Below are positions 42,338 to 51,757 of a stretch of DNA of 64,000 nt, piece after piece. This DNA is from Gemmataceae bacterium (lineage in GTDB: Bacteria; Planctomycetota; Planctomycetia; Gemmatales; Gemmataceae). Under the pieces are notes generated by a model. The model saw nothing but the letters and a program-made list of their open reading frames with translations. It did not search any database and was not told where the DNA came from. Position 1 is the first letter of the stretch; each line of letters begins with the position of its first letter. The translations under genes and the position numbers were made by a program. Location of the stretch: NCBI GenBank assembly GCA_041694635.1, contig JBDNHI010000103.1:50829-114828 (forward strand), in the 5' to 3' direction.

Positions 42338-43036
42338 TTGGTTAATAGCTGGGACTTAAATATCTTACTGGAAGACAACCACCTGCTTGTTTTGGGGAAA
42401 CCTCCATCACTTCCAACCGCACACGGGCAGATTCAAGGTGACTCCTTATTCGATTTTGCAAAATCATACTTAAAGACTCGCTACGCTAAACCAGGCAATG
42501 TTTTTCTTGGCGTTGTTCATCGACTCGATCAACCTGTTTCAGGCATTGTCATTTTTGCAAAAACTAGCAAAGCTGCTGCAAGGCTATCTGAGCAATTTCG
42601 CGATTCACTTGTCGAAAAAACTTACCTCGCTGTTACCGAAGGGATTCCCAACGAATCCTCAGGCACCTTCCATCATTTTCTGACACACGATGATGAAGAA
42701 CGAATGGCACTAATTTCCAATGGCAACAATCCCCTTGCGAAAGAAGCCATCACGCATTTTTCCGTTCGAGGCACTAACGAAAACCACGCCTTCCTTATCT
42801 TAAACCCCAAGACAGGCCGTAAGCACCAAATCCGTATTCAACTTGCTTCTAGAGGCCACCCGGTGGTGGGCGACCGGAAATATGGTTCTACGATGAACTT
42901 CACGCGGGGCATCGCTTTGCACGCCTATGGCATCAAGTTCAAGCATCCTGTAAAAGACGAATTACTTAACCTAAAACTTGACTTGCCTAAAATCTGGTTC
43001 AATCATTTTGGCAATTGGATCAAGCCTCCCGTATGA
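42338..43036 (+). CDS. RluA-family pseudouridine synthase
   Basis: LVLGKPPSLPT, and the catalytic motif VHRLDQPVSGIVIFAKT. KHQIRIQLA is present. TTG start. Confidence 0.85.
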   Translation: MVNSWDLNILLEDNHLLVLGKPPSLPTAHGQIQGDSLFDFAKSYLKTRYAKPGNVFLGVVHRLDQPVSGIVIFAKTSKAAARLSEQFRDSLVEKTYLAVTEGIPNESSGTFHHFLTHDDEERMALISNGNNPLAKEAITHFSVRGTNENHAFLILNPKTGRKHQIRIQLASRGHPVVGDRKYGSTMNFTRGIALHAYGIKFKHPVKDELLNLKLDLPKIWFNHFGNWIKPPV

Positions 43037-44049
43037 AAACTTCTCTTGAAAAAATCTTGCTAATCATTCAGCAAGATCCAGGAAATAGAGGCTTGGGCAG
43101 GCTGCCGGATAATCTTTTCAATCACTCTCCGCAAGGGTTTCAATCCGCTTGTAAATCGCTTGCTAATTCACCGCATTTGGGTGTGGTTATTTTTACTGGG
43201 TTCACTATTCCTAATGCGACCCCACCCGCCCCCGAAACCGATGGCCCACCTGGGGCTCTTTTTCTTGCAATAACTCTTTCCTCTCTTGGGCATAGGGTTG
43301 CGATTGCCTGTGAAAATAACTGCCTTCCAGCATTTGAAGCAGCCCTAAACAGCTTAAATCTTCAAACAAAAATTAACCTTATTGAATCTCCTTTAGAGTT
43401 AACGGGTGATTACGCAAGTGCATTGCTCACCCAAATAGAAAAAAAAATCGGTTTTTGTTCTCACTTTATCGCAATCGAAAAATGCGGCCCCTCCTATTCT
43501 CTCGAGACTAACCAACAGCAAACTTCAACCTCTAAGGAACAAGCGGATTCTTTTCTAAGTTCGGATAAATTTTCCTTTGCTGGGAAAATTCTTACTATGA
43601 GTTGCAAAGATATAACCCATCTAACTTCTCCTGTTTATCTCTGTTTTGACCCTTTGTTTTGTGCTTCAAAAAATATCACCCGCATAGGCATCGGCGATGG
43701 CGGTAATGAAATCGGAATGGGAAATATCCCCAGACAGATTATCGCTGCCAACATCAACAACGGCGCTCTTATCGCCTGCTCTACCACCGTCGATTTTCTC
43801 ATTACCGCTGGCGTTAGTAACTGGGGCGCTTATGCTCTGGGCGCGGGGGTTTTAATCCTTTCCAACCAATCCTCCATTTCTACACTCGATCACCTCATCG
43901 AAAAAAATGTCTTGCACCTCATGGTCGAAAAAGGGAATCTTGTTGATGGCAGGTTCGGGCAACCTATTGCTTCCATTGATGGCATCGACTGGAATATCCA
44001 TGCAGATGTGATTCAATCCATCGTAGAAATACTCAAGGAAACATCATGA
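43033..44049 (+). CDS. DUF4392 domain protein (D-glutamate cyclase-like C-terminal domain family)
   Basis: ETDGPPGA and GIGDGGNEIGMGN motifs. ATG 43033 overlaps the rluA-like stop as ATGA. Confidence 0.78.
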   Translation: MKTSLEKILLIIQQDPGNRGLGRLPDNLFNHSPQGFQSACKSLANSPHLGVVIFTGFTIPNATPPAPETDGPPGALFLAITLSSLGHRVAIACENNCLPAFEAALNSLNLQTKINLIESPLELTGDYASALLTQIEKKIGFCSHFIAIEKCGPSYSLETNQQQTSTSKEQADSFLSSDKFSFAGKILTMSCKDITHLTSPVYLCFDPLFCASKNITRIGIGDGGNEIGMGNIPRQIIAANINNGALIACSTTVDFLITAGVSNWGAYALGAGVLILSNQSSISTLDHLIEKNVLHLMVEKGNLVDGRFGQPIASIDGIDWNIHADVIQSIVEILKETS

Positions 44050-44840
44050 ACACAAAAACGGGGAAACAAGTTCGCGATTTATCTAGGGAAGGAACTTTAA
44101 CTAATCCGACAGCAGGCCTTGCTTCTGGTTTTGTTCAAGCTAATCTTGTTATCGTTCCCGAACAATTCGCCTTTGATTTCTTGCTCTTTTGCACACGAAA
44201 CCCAAAACCCTGCCCCGTCTTAGAAGTTCTCGAAAAAGGAAATCCGCTTACTTCTTTAACTGCTAAAAATGCTGATTTACGCACCGATTTACCACGCTAC
44301 AGGGTTTATCAAAACGAAAAACTCTTGGATGAACCAACCGACATTTTAAAGTATTGGCGTGCTGACTTCGTATCCTTTTTACTAGGTTGTTCATTCACCT
44401 TTGATCGGGCCCTTCGAGAAGGAGGCGTGCCTGTTAGACACGAAGAAGAAGGCAAAAATGTGCCTATGTATAAAACCAATATTGCTTGTAAAAGTGCTGG
44501 AGTTTTTCAAGGCCCACTCGTTGTCTCGATGCGGCCTATGACTACAGATTTAGCACTCAAGGCAACTTGTATTACTAGTCGTTTCCCTAGGGCCCATGGG
44601 TCTCCTGTTCATCTGGGCGATCCTTTACAAATTGGTATTCCTAATATTTCAAAACCAGATTTTGGTGAAAGTGTTTCTATTCACTCGGATGAAATTCCAG
44701 TTTTCTGGGCTTGTGGCGTAACCCCCCAAGCTGTTGCAATTGCCTCTAAAATCCCTTTCTTAATCACCCATAGCCCTGGCCATATGTTTGTTTCCGACTG
44801 GACTGATCAGCAACTTGAAGGCGAAGAAAGGGTTCGTTGA
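44046..44840 (+). CDS. DUF1445 / UPF0317 putative hydro-lyase (D-glutamate cyclase family)
   Basis: GFVQANLVIVP, FLLFCTRNPKPCPVLEV, DLRTDLPRYRVY, FLLGCSFTFD, VPMYKTNI, VVSMRPM, HGSPVHLGDP, VFWACGVTPQ and ITHSPGHMFVSD. Its start overlaps the upstream stop as ATGA. Confidence 0.88.
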   Translation: MNTKTGKQVRDLSREGTLTNPTAGLASGFVQANLVIVPEQFAFDFLLFCTRNPKPCPVLEVLEKGNPLTSLTAKNADLRTDLPRYRVYQNEKLLDEPTDILKYWRADFVSFLLGCSFTFDRALREGGVPVRHEEEGKNVPMYKTNIACKSAGVFQGPLVVSMRPMTTDLALKATCITSRFPRAHGSPVHLGDPLQIGIPNISKPDFGESVSIHSDEIPVFWACGVTPQAVAIASKIPFLITHSPGHMFVSDWTDQQLEGEERVR

Positions 44841-44894
44841 AAAATAGACTTTTCGTTTCTACCCCCCCTGTTCATTTTTAAAAAGGAATTTCGG

Positions 44895-46124
44895 ATGAAA
44901 ATTTTATATCTTATTTTGAGTCAAACTTTTCTTCTTCTTCTTGCATTCTTTTTATCATCGGTTTCAACTTCTCTTGCAGAAGATTTTTTAGTCCAAAATC
45001 TTACTGAGAAAAATTCCTTTGGCGTTAATATTCAACTTCGTGGAAATCTTGATAATTCTCGTGTCATTTTCGAGAAAACTAAAAAAGGTAATGTCGCTTT
45101 TATCGGCGGATCCATAACAGAGATGAATGGCTTCCGGCCTATGGTTTCTGAAATCTTAAAAAAACGATTCCCTCAAACGGATTTCGCTTTCACTAACGCT
45201 GGCATTTCCTCCACCTGTTCTACCACAGGGGCCTTCCGACTTAATTCCGAAGTTTTAAATAAACAAGTCGATCTTTTCTTCATTGAATTTGCCGTCAATG
45301 ATGATCAAGATGCGACCCATTCTCGTATAAATTGCATCCGTGGCTTAGAAGGAATTATCCGACAAGCGTTTAAAACTAATCCTAAAATGGATATCGTTAT
45401 CACCTACTTCGTTAACGAGGGAATGATTAAAACCCTTCAGCAAGGGAAAATTCCTTTAACCATCGAATCGCACGAAACCGTTGCAAAGCATTATCAAGTT
45501 TCAAGCATTAACCTTGCTAAAGAAGTTGCAGAAGAAATGACTGCGGGCACCCTCACTTGGAAGCAATATGGTGGTGTGCACCCAGCGCCTTTTGGAAATA
45601 ACATTTGCGCAAAAATGATCGATGAATTATTCACAAAGGCTTGGAAAACAACAAACGATAAAACCGAGCTAACACCTTGTAAACTTCCACTACCCATTGA
45701 CCCGCTTAATTATTCTTCAGGCAGATTCCTCGATCTTAAACAGGCTGTTCTTAAATCCGGTTGGACACTTGGCATTCCCGATTGGAAATCTTTGCCCGGC
45801 AGTAAACGCGACCGCTTCACTTCCGTTCCTGTTCTTTACTCTTCCAAACCTGATTCCACTCTTACCTTAGAATTCGAAGGCACTGCTATCGGGGCTTTTA
45901 TCGTTGCTGGGCCCGATGCTGGCATTGCTCTTGCTAGTATCGATGGGGGTACTCCAAACACTGTTAATCTTTTTCACAACTTTAGCAAAGGGTTGCATTA
46001 CCCACGCACCGTGATGCTAGGTACAGATCTTAAACCTGGAATGCATACCCTTTCTCTGGTTATTTCACCGGAATCAAAAAGTGCGGGGCACGCAATGCGT
46101 ATTATGAATTTCTGTGCAAATTAA
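44895..46124 (+). CDS. Secreted SGNH/GDSL-type hydrolase with extra C-terminal domain
   Basis: Block I is FIGGSITE, block II TNAGISS, block III EFAVNDD, and block V GGVHP. Confidence 0.75.
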   Translation: MKILYLILSQTFLLLLAFFLSSVSTSLAEDFLVQNLTEKNSFGVNIQLRGNLDNSRVIFEKTKKGNVAFIGGSITEMNGFRPMVSEILKKRFPQTDFAFTNAGISSTCSTTGAFRLNSEVLNKQVDLFFIEFAVNDDQDATHSRINCIRGLEGIIRQAFKTNPKMDIVITYFVNEGMIKTLQQGKIPLTIESHETVAKHYQVSSINLAKEVAEEMTAGTLTWKQYGGVHPAPFGNNICAKMIDELFTKAWKTTNDKTELTPCKLPLPIDPLNYSSGRFLDLKQAVLKSGWTLGIPDWKSLPGSKRDRFTSVPVLYSSKPDSTLTLEFEGTAIGAFIVAGPDAGIALASIDGGTPNTVNLFHNFSKGLHYPRTVMLGTDLKPGMHTLSLVISPESKSAGHAMRIMNFCAN

Positions 46125-46132
46125 CTGTAAAT

Positions 46133-46162
46133 AAAAAGAGTTTGGAAAACCAAACTCTTTCT
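46133..46162. terminator. Bidirectional intrinsic terminator between convergent SGNH and TPR genes
   Basis: Stem aaagagtttgg / ccaaactcttt with loop aaaa, in an A/T-rich flank. Confidence 0.6.
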
Positions 46163-46188
46163 CTTTACTCTTACTTTTTTATTTAACT

Positions 46189-46968
46189 CTACTTAACCCT
46201 TCTTTTGTTCTCTTTCCACTTTGCACGATTTGCGTGTGGCGTAGGTAACGACTCTGGGCCATCTTGTCTTCCTTGCTTTGGGGCTGTCTTTTTTTTCTTA
46301 ACAACTTTTAAGAATGGCAATATAACTTGCCGCTGATCCTGATTTGATTGATTGGAACTATGTTGAAGTAAACGGGCTTCGTGGAATAAAAAGCTGTTCC
46401 AAAAGCAGATAAATTTTGGATTGTTTTTATTAAGGAAAAGTGCCCGAGTAATACAGGCCCTAGCTTGATCTTGCAAATTTTGTTCCTGCAAATGTTTTAC
46501 CAGTAGTTTTAGCACCTCGAGGTTTTTAGGCATCAACTTGCTGGCTCGCATTAAATAAACAATTCCAAGGCTTCCTTTGTTCTGATGAATTAAAGACACA
46601 CCCAAGAAGCGCAAAGCCCGAGTATGCTTTGGTTCAATTTTAAGGCAAGCGCGAAATGAAATCGAAGCTAGTTTCAGGTTGCCATTGCCCCCCGCAGCAA
46701 TCGCTTTACCTAACAGAAAATGATAGTTTGCATTCGCCTCATTGTATGTGAGACAAATGGAAAAATGTCGGGTTGCTTTTTTGAACCTGCGTTGCTTGAT
46801 TGCTATTTCGCCTAGATGAAGCTGGGTTAGTTCCGCTAGCCCTTTAGGTAGATCTTCAAATCGGGTAAGCGATTGAAAAATATTAGCGGCTTCGATGTCT
46901 CTACCTAAAGAGCGATATCTAACAGCGGCTAAAAAAGATTGTTCAACGATGGGGAAAATAATGGCCAT
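46189..46968 (-). CDS. TPR-repeat protein with basic C-terminal tail
   Basis: Several TPR-like 34-residue units (e.g. ANANYHFLLGKAIAAGGNGNLKLASISFRACLKIEP). The tail is Lys/Arg-rich. No specific family recognised. Confidence 0.6.
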   Translation of the reverse strand: MAIIFPIVEQSFLAAVRYRSLGRDIEAANIFQSLTRFEDLPKGLAELTQLHLGEIAIKQRRFKKATRHFSICLTYNEANANYHFLLGKAIAAGGNGNLKLASISFRACLKIEPKHTRALRFLGVSLIHQNKGSLGIVYLMRASKLMPKNLEVLKLLVKHLQEQNLQDQARACITRALFLNKNNPKFICFWNSFLFHEARLLQHSSNQSNQDQRQVILPFLKVVKKKKTAPKQGRQDGPESLPTPHANRAKWKENKRRVK

Positions 46969-47582
46969 AATAAAACTGCCTCCGTGCAGTAATCAAGAAA
47001 CGAAACATCCCTGCCAAGGCGGTATCATAACTTTGATTCAGCTGGAAGCAATAGTAAAGAGACATTTACAGCTGAATTATAGGGTAGGAAGCGTTATTAC
47101 CTTCTCGCCCTAAACGACTTATTTTAAATTATTTTTTTTTCGATTCGTTTCTTTGTTTTGAAATGATTACTTGTAATAAACCTATGATTCATAGGGTTTG
47201 CTTAATTAAGAACTACTTTCATTTAAAATAAATTTTCATTCATAAAATTGTTAATTGCTTCATTTCAGTTGTAAAAAATAATTTGATAACTTTTTCTTGC
47301 ATTCCTTTAATAATACCATTTTTTGCAAATCTAGGTGCTTTAGGCAGTATGGCAATGCTCTCGTAGGCCTCTCTTTTTTACTTGACATACCCCCAGATTC
47401 ACAGAAAATCTTCTAAACTGAACTTCCAACAAACTAATTTAATTCTTAAATCACTTAAGCTTTAATGAAATGCATCAAGGTTCATTCGTGGTATAAATTG
47501 TGAGCCCATTGATAACAAATTTTGGTCTCTTGATGCTTTTTTTATTAAACTTTTTATTTTGCTAAACAGCGGATGCCTTCTA

Positions 47583-48755
47583 ATGAAAAGATTTATTTTT
47601 TTATCTACCTCCTTACCTTTATTTTTCACGCTTTGCTTAACCCTAGTGAATGTGATTCATTCTGATGAACCCTTGCCTTGGTGGACTAAATCGATCGAGA
47701 AAAAATTAGTAGAGTCAAAAAGTAACCGTAAAGAATTAGAAAAGGCTCTTAACAATATTCCGAAAGAACAACGGGCAGGTATGGTTTTTTTGCTTGAAAA
47801 TATGCCTATTTCTGACTTAGAAAACATCAGTGCAAAATTCCTTATCACTAACCATTTACTGGCCTACAAGGCAAAACAAGAAGTTCCTTGGGGAGACCAG
47901 ATCCCCGATGAACTCTTTTTTAACAATGTTTTGGCTTATGCCAATTTAGATGAAAAACGAGACCCTTGGAGGCAGGAATTTTATGACCTTTGTATGCCAT
48001 TGATTAAATCTTGTAAGACCCCTTCTGAAGTTGCAGGAAAATTAAATGCAGAACTATTTAAAACACTCAAATTAAAATATGCACCACAACGCCGACCCCC
48101 GAACTTAAGCCCCAGCGAATCCATCCTTCAAGGCAATGCTTCCTGCACTGGTTTATCGATTGTACTTAGTGATGCCTGCAGATCGGTTTGCGTACCTGCT
48201 CGCCTTGCCGGAACCCCAAACTGGTTTGACAAAAGGGGCAACCACACCTGGGTCGAAATTTGGGATAAAGATTGGCATTTCACCGGTGCTTGTGAACCCG
48301 ACCCAAAAGGCCTAGACCGAGGTTGGTTCGTTGGTGATGCGGCAAAGGCACAGAAAGATTCCCCCGAGCACGCTATCTATGCTGCTAGTTTTCGCAAAAC
48401 CGAAATTCATTTCCCTTTAGTCTGGAACCGAGAAAGCAAACGCGTTTTTGGCGAAAATGTCACCGACCGTTATGCCAAACCTGACCAAAAAAAATCTGAT
48501 ACTTTTCAACTCAACATTAAAATCTTAGACAGCCTAAAGAAACGAATTGCAGTTCAGGTCGAGGTTGCCGATTCCTCCGATATGAAACTTAAATTCAACG
48601 GAGTATCTCGTTCTGAATCTGCTGACTTAAACGACTTCCTTAGCTTTCAACTTAAACCCCTGCACCAATATAAAATTAAATGGGGGACAATCGAAAAACA
48701 AATTACAACGGGAAATTCAGGCACACAGCAACTCTTGGAATTCTTTTCTAACTAA
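47583..48755 (+). CDS. Secreted transglutaminase-like (papain-fold) protein
   Basis: The Cys-His-Asp core is GNASCTGLSIVLSDACRSVCVPARLAG...GNHTWVEIWDKDWHF. A signal peptide starts at ATG 47583. Confidence 0.75.
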   Translation: MKRFIFLSTSLPLFFTLCLTLVNVIHSDEPLPWWTKSIEKKLVESKSNRKELEKALNNIPKEQRAGMVFLLENMPISDLENISAKFLITNHLLAYKAKQEVPWGDQIPDELFFNNVLAYANLDEKRDPWRQEFYDLCMPLIKSCKTPSEVAGKLNAELFKTLKLKYAPQRRPPNLSPSESILQGNASCTGLSIVLSDACRSVCVPARLAGTPNWFDKRGNHTWVEIWDKDWHFTGACEPDPKGLDRGWFVGDAAKAQKDSPEHAIYAASFRKTEIHFPLVWNRESKRVFGENVTDRYAKPDQKKSDTFQLNIKILDSLKKRIAVQVEVADSSDMKLKFNGVSRSESADLNDFLSFQLKPLHQYKIKWGTIEKQITTGNSGTQQLLEFFSN

Positions 48756-48792
48756 CCTTAACCAATAAGCTTATTATTCTTGGGAGATTCTT

Positions 48793-50034
48793 ATGTGGGC
48801 TTTTTTCATTCTTCTTTTTTCTATCTCTTTTTATTTTGCTGCTTCACCCGAACCAGCAAAATCTTCTTCGGCTATTACCTCCTTAAAAACTTTTCTTGAC
48901 ACAAATCCAAAATCACTTACGGCTTTAAAAGATAAAGACTTCACAACCTTACCTCTTTCAAAATCAGATGCCGTGACCGCTCGAAAACTACTTTGGAATG
49001 CTCATGCTTCTATCATCAAATCCGATAGGCAAAAAGAAATCAAAGATCGACTCCTTAAAGAAAATAATCTCGAAATGCCTTTCGATTTTAAAACCTTTGG
49101 CAAGAAACCCGACAAGGGTTGGAGCCTTTGGATTTCTCTTCACGGCGGGGGCGGCGCACCCAAGCAAGTTAACGATTCCCAATGGAATAACCAAAAAAAA
49201 CTTTATTCCCTTGATGAAGGTATCTACCTTTCTCCTCGAGCACCTACCAACACTTGGAACCTTTGGCATGAACCTCATATCGACCGGTTTTTCAACCGCC
49301 TTATTGAAGACCTAATTGTTCTTGAAGAGGTCAATCCCGAACGCGTTTACATCCTAGGTTATTCCGCTGGAGGCGATGGGGTTTATCAACTTGCCCCTCG
49401 AATGGCTGATCATTGGGCTGCTGCTGCTATGATGGCAGGGCACCCAAACGGTGTTTCATTGCTTTCATTACGAAACCTACCCTTTGCCTTACAAGTTGGC
49501 GAAAACGATTCTGCATACAACCGAAATAAGGTTGGTGCCGAATATGCTGATCAGCTTAAACAACTTCACAAATTAGACAGAAACGGTTATCAAAACTTTT
49601 CAAAAATTCATCCGGGCAAAGGCCACTGGATGAACCTCGAAGATAAAGAAGCTCTTCCTTGGATGGCTAAATTCTCAAGAAATTCTCTGCCAGATAAAAT
49701 TGTTTGGAAACAATCTGGACCTCCAAACGATCGCTTCTACTGGCTGGCTTGCCCCATCCAAAATGTAAACAATGGCTCACTTGTTACCGCAAGCCGAAAC
49801 AAACAACAAATTAATATTGACTCCACTGAAAAAATCTCCAAACTTATCGTCCGACTCGATGACCGAATGTTAGATCTCGACTCCCCCGTCATTATCAATT
49901 ATTTAGGTAAGGAAATTTACAAAAGTATTCCCCCTAGAACCATCACGACTATGCTAAATTCCCTTCTTGGCAGAGGCGACCCTACTTTAATATTTGATGC
50001 TGAGGTCAGCCTTGATATTCCTACTGCGAAGTGA
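48793..50034 (+). CDS. Secreted alpha/beta-hydrolase (esterase/depolymerase-like)
   Basis: WISLHGGGG is oxyanion-like. The nucleophile elbow is ILGYSAGGDG. AAAMMAGHPNG is also present. Confidence 0.75.
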   Translation: MWAFFILLFSISFYFAASPEPAKSSSAITSLKTFLDTNPKSLTALKDKDFTTLPLSKSDAVTARKLLWNAHASIIKSDRQKEIKDRLLKENNLEMPFDFKTFGKKPDKGWSLWISLHGGGGAPKQVNDSQWNNQKKLYSLDEGIYLSPRAPTNTWNLWHEPHIDRFFNRLIEDLIVLEEVNPERVYILGYSAGGDGVYQLAPRMADHWAAAAMMAGHPNGVSLLSLRNLPFALQVGENDSAYNRNKVGAEYADQLKQLHKLDRNGYQNFSKIHPGKGHWMNLEDKEALPWMAKFSRNSLPDKIVWKQSGPPNDRFYWLACPIQNVNNGSLVTASRNKQQINIDSTEKISKLIVRLDDRMLDLDSPVIINYLGKEIYKSIPPRTITTMLNSLLGRGDPTLIFDAEVSLDIPTAK

Positions 50035-50083
50035 TGTTCCTACTGCGAAGTACATTTAACTTCCTACTCAATTGAAAGTTATT

Positions 50084-51151
50084 ATGAAAAAGTTAATTCT
50101 GATTATTTGTATTCTTTTGGCCCCTCTTGCGATGATACCCCTTAGCGATGCCAATGGACCAACGGACGCCATTCCCCACCCTCGTGGTTATGTTTGCTTT
50201 AAAACAAACACAGCACCAAAAATTGATGGAAAGCTTGATGACCCGGCTTGGAAGGCTGCACCTTGGAGCCAAGATTTTGTCGATATCGAAGGTAATTCCA
50301 AACCTTTGCCTACGCATCGCACCCGAATGAAAATGCTTTGGGATGACAAAGGACTTTATATCGCTTCCGAAATCCAAGAACCACACATCTGGGCCACTCT
50401 CACAGAACACGATTCCGTTATTTTCCACGATCCAGATTTCGAAGTCTTTATCGACCCTGATGGCGACAATCATCTTTATGCCGAACTAGAATTAAACGCC
50501 CTTAATACCACCTGGGATTTATTGCTCTCTAAACCTTATAAAGATGGGGGCAGGGCCCTTAATGGCTGGGAAGCCATCGGGCTTAAAGCTGCGGTTCATA
50601 TCAATGGCACAATCAATAACCCAAACGACACCGATACCCGTTGGACTGTGGAAATATTTTGGCCTTGGGTTGGGCTCAAGGAACTTTCTCAACAACCCAT
50701 CCCACCAAAGGATGGCAACCGATGGCGCATTAATTTCTCTCGGGTCGAGTGGGACACCACTATTGAGCAAGGCCGGTATATCAAAGTCAAAGGTAAACCC
50801 GAATACAACTGGGTCTGGTCTCCTCAAGGCGTTATCGATATGCACCGGCCCGAGCGCTGGGGATACTTACAATTTAGCACTCAAACTGAGGGTAATGTTG
50901 ATTACAAGCCCGACCCTGAACAAGGGGTGAAAGATTTATTACACGAAGTCTATTACTCGCAGCGCAACTATCACAAGAAGTTTGGCAAGTTCACTCAAAA
51001 TTTCGCCGACTTACAACTTAATAAAAACAATAATGGCATACCAAATATCAGTCTTACGCCATATGGTTTTGAAGCGATCATTGCCCTTCGTGAAAATTCT
51101 TTGCACAAGCAATGGGGCATCAACAGCGAGAGTTTTTTGTGGAGCAAGTAA
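50084..51151 (+). CDS. Secreted carbohydrate-binding family 9-like (DOMON-like) protein
   Basis: IDGKLDDPAWKAAPWSQDFVDIEG...DPDFEVFIDPDGDNHLYAELELNALNTTWDLLL...RWRINFSRVEW. This pattern is typical of CBM9-like domains. Confidence 0.7.
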   Translation: MKKLILIICILLAPLAMIPLSDANGPTDAIPHPRGYVCFKTNTAPKIDGKLDDPAWKAAPWSQDFVDIEGNSKPLPTHRTRMKMLWDDKGLYIASEIQEPHIWATLTEHDSVIFHDPDFEVFIDPDGDNHLYAELELNALNTTWDLLLSKPYKDGGRALNGWEAIGLKAAVHINGTINNPNDTDTRWTVEIFWPWVGLKELSQQPIPPKDGNRWRINFSRVEWDTTIEQGRYIKVKGKPEYNWVWSPQGVIDMHRPERWGYLQFSTQTEGNVDYKPDPEQGVKDLLHEVYYSQRNYHKKFGKFTQNFADLQLNKNNNGIPNISLTPYGFEAIIALRENSLHKQWGINSESFLWSK

Positions 51152-51212
51152 CGAGTTGTTTTGAAAAAAGATTGATTGTGAAATTCTTGAAATTGTTGTG
51201 GCATTGAGAATT

Positions 51213-51247
51213 AAAAAAGGGGCCTAGCATAGCTAGACCCCTTTTTC
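51213..51247. terminator. Bidirectional intrinsic terminator shared by the CBM9-like gene (+) and ssrA (-)
   Basis: Stem ggggcctagc / gctagacccc (one mismatch) with a 3-nt loop. A-run on the left and T-run on the right. Confidence 0.65.
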
Positions 51248-51250
51248 TAG

Positions 51251-51641
51251 TGGAGGCGCGGGGAATTGAACCCCGGTCCCGAAGCCCTTCCATACCGGCG
51301 TCTACGTGCGTAGCAAATCGATTCAGCAGTCTTTCTCTGCTATGTTCACTTTAATGGATTCGATGAGCAAAGCCACTTCAAGCTAACCAAGTGTGAAATC
51401 TTGCAGGTGTCTCCCTCGGTATCAGCCACTTGCGTGACTTCCGACCCCCGCGATCCAGATTTAACTAGCGCGCTAAAACCTCTCTGGCTAAGCTTCTAGA
51501 CACGCGACCGCCATATTATTAGGCAGCCATTGAGAACTGCGGTTCTGCAGTTAAGTTTGATCAGATATTTACGTGGCCATCTGATCACCCACGGCACGCG
51601 ACCTGTATTTCCGTAAGCCCGGTCGAAACCGGATCGCCCCC
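51251..51641 (-). ncRNA. ssrA: tmRNA (transfer-messenger RNA)
   Basis: The minus-strand 5' end is GGGGGCGAUCCGGUUUCGACCGGG. The 3' end is GGACCGGGGUUCAAUUCCCCGCGCCUCCA, i.e. T-arm plus acceptor. The acceptor helix contains the G3:U wobble required for Ala charging. An internal tag frame reads GCA GAA CCG CAG UUC UCA AUG GCU GCC UAA UAA. Confidence 0.92.
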
Positions 51642-51757
51642 GAAAACAAAAAGTCCTAACACTTTCAATTATATGTCTCGAATTCCTTCTCGACATAGTA
51701 TATTTTCGTTCTCAGCAGATAATTATTGCAACTATTTTCTATTTTTAAGGAAAAATC

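Noticed and set aside
47382-47410. TTGACA hexamer as a sigma70 -35 box for the transglutaminase-like gene
   Set aside because: The best -10 candidate at 17-bp spacing is AAAATC, which is a poor match. Planctomycete promoter consensus is not well defined, so there is not enough support.
51496-51696. 66-aa minus-strand ORF
   Set aside because: It lies inside the tmRNA gene, so it is an artefact of translating a structured RNA.
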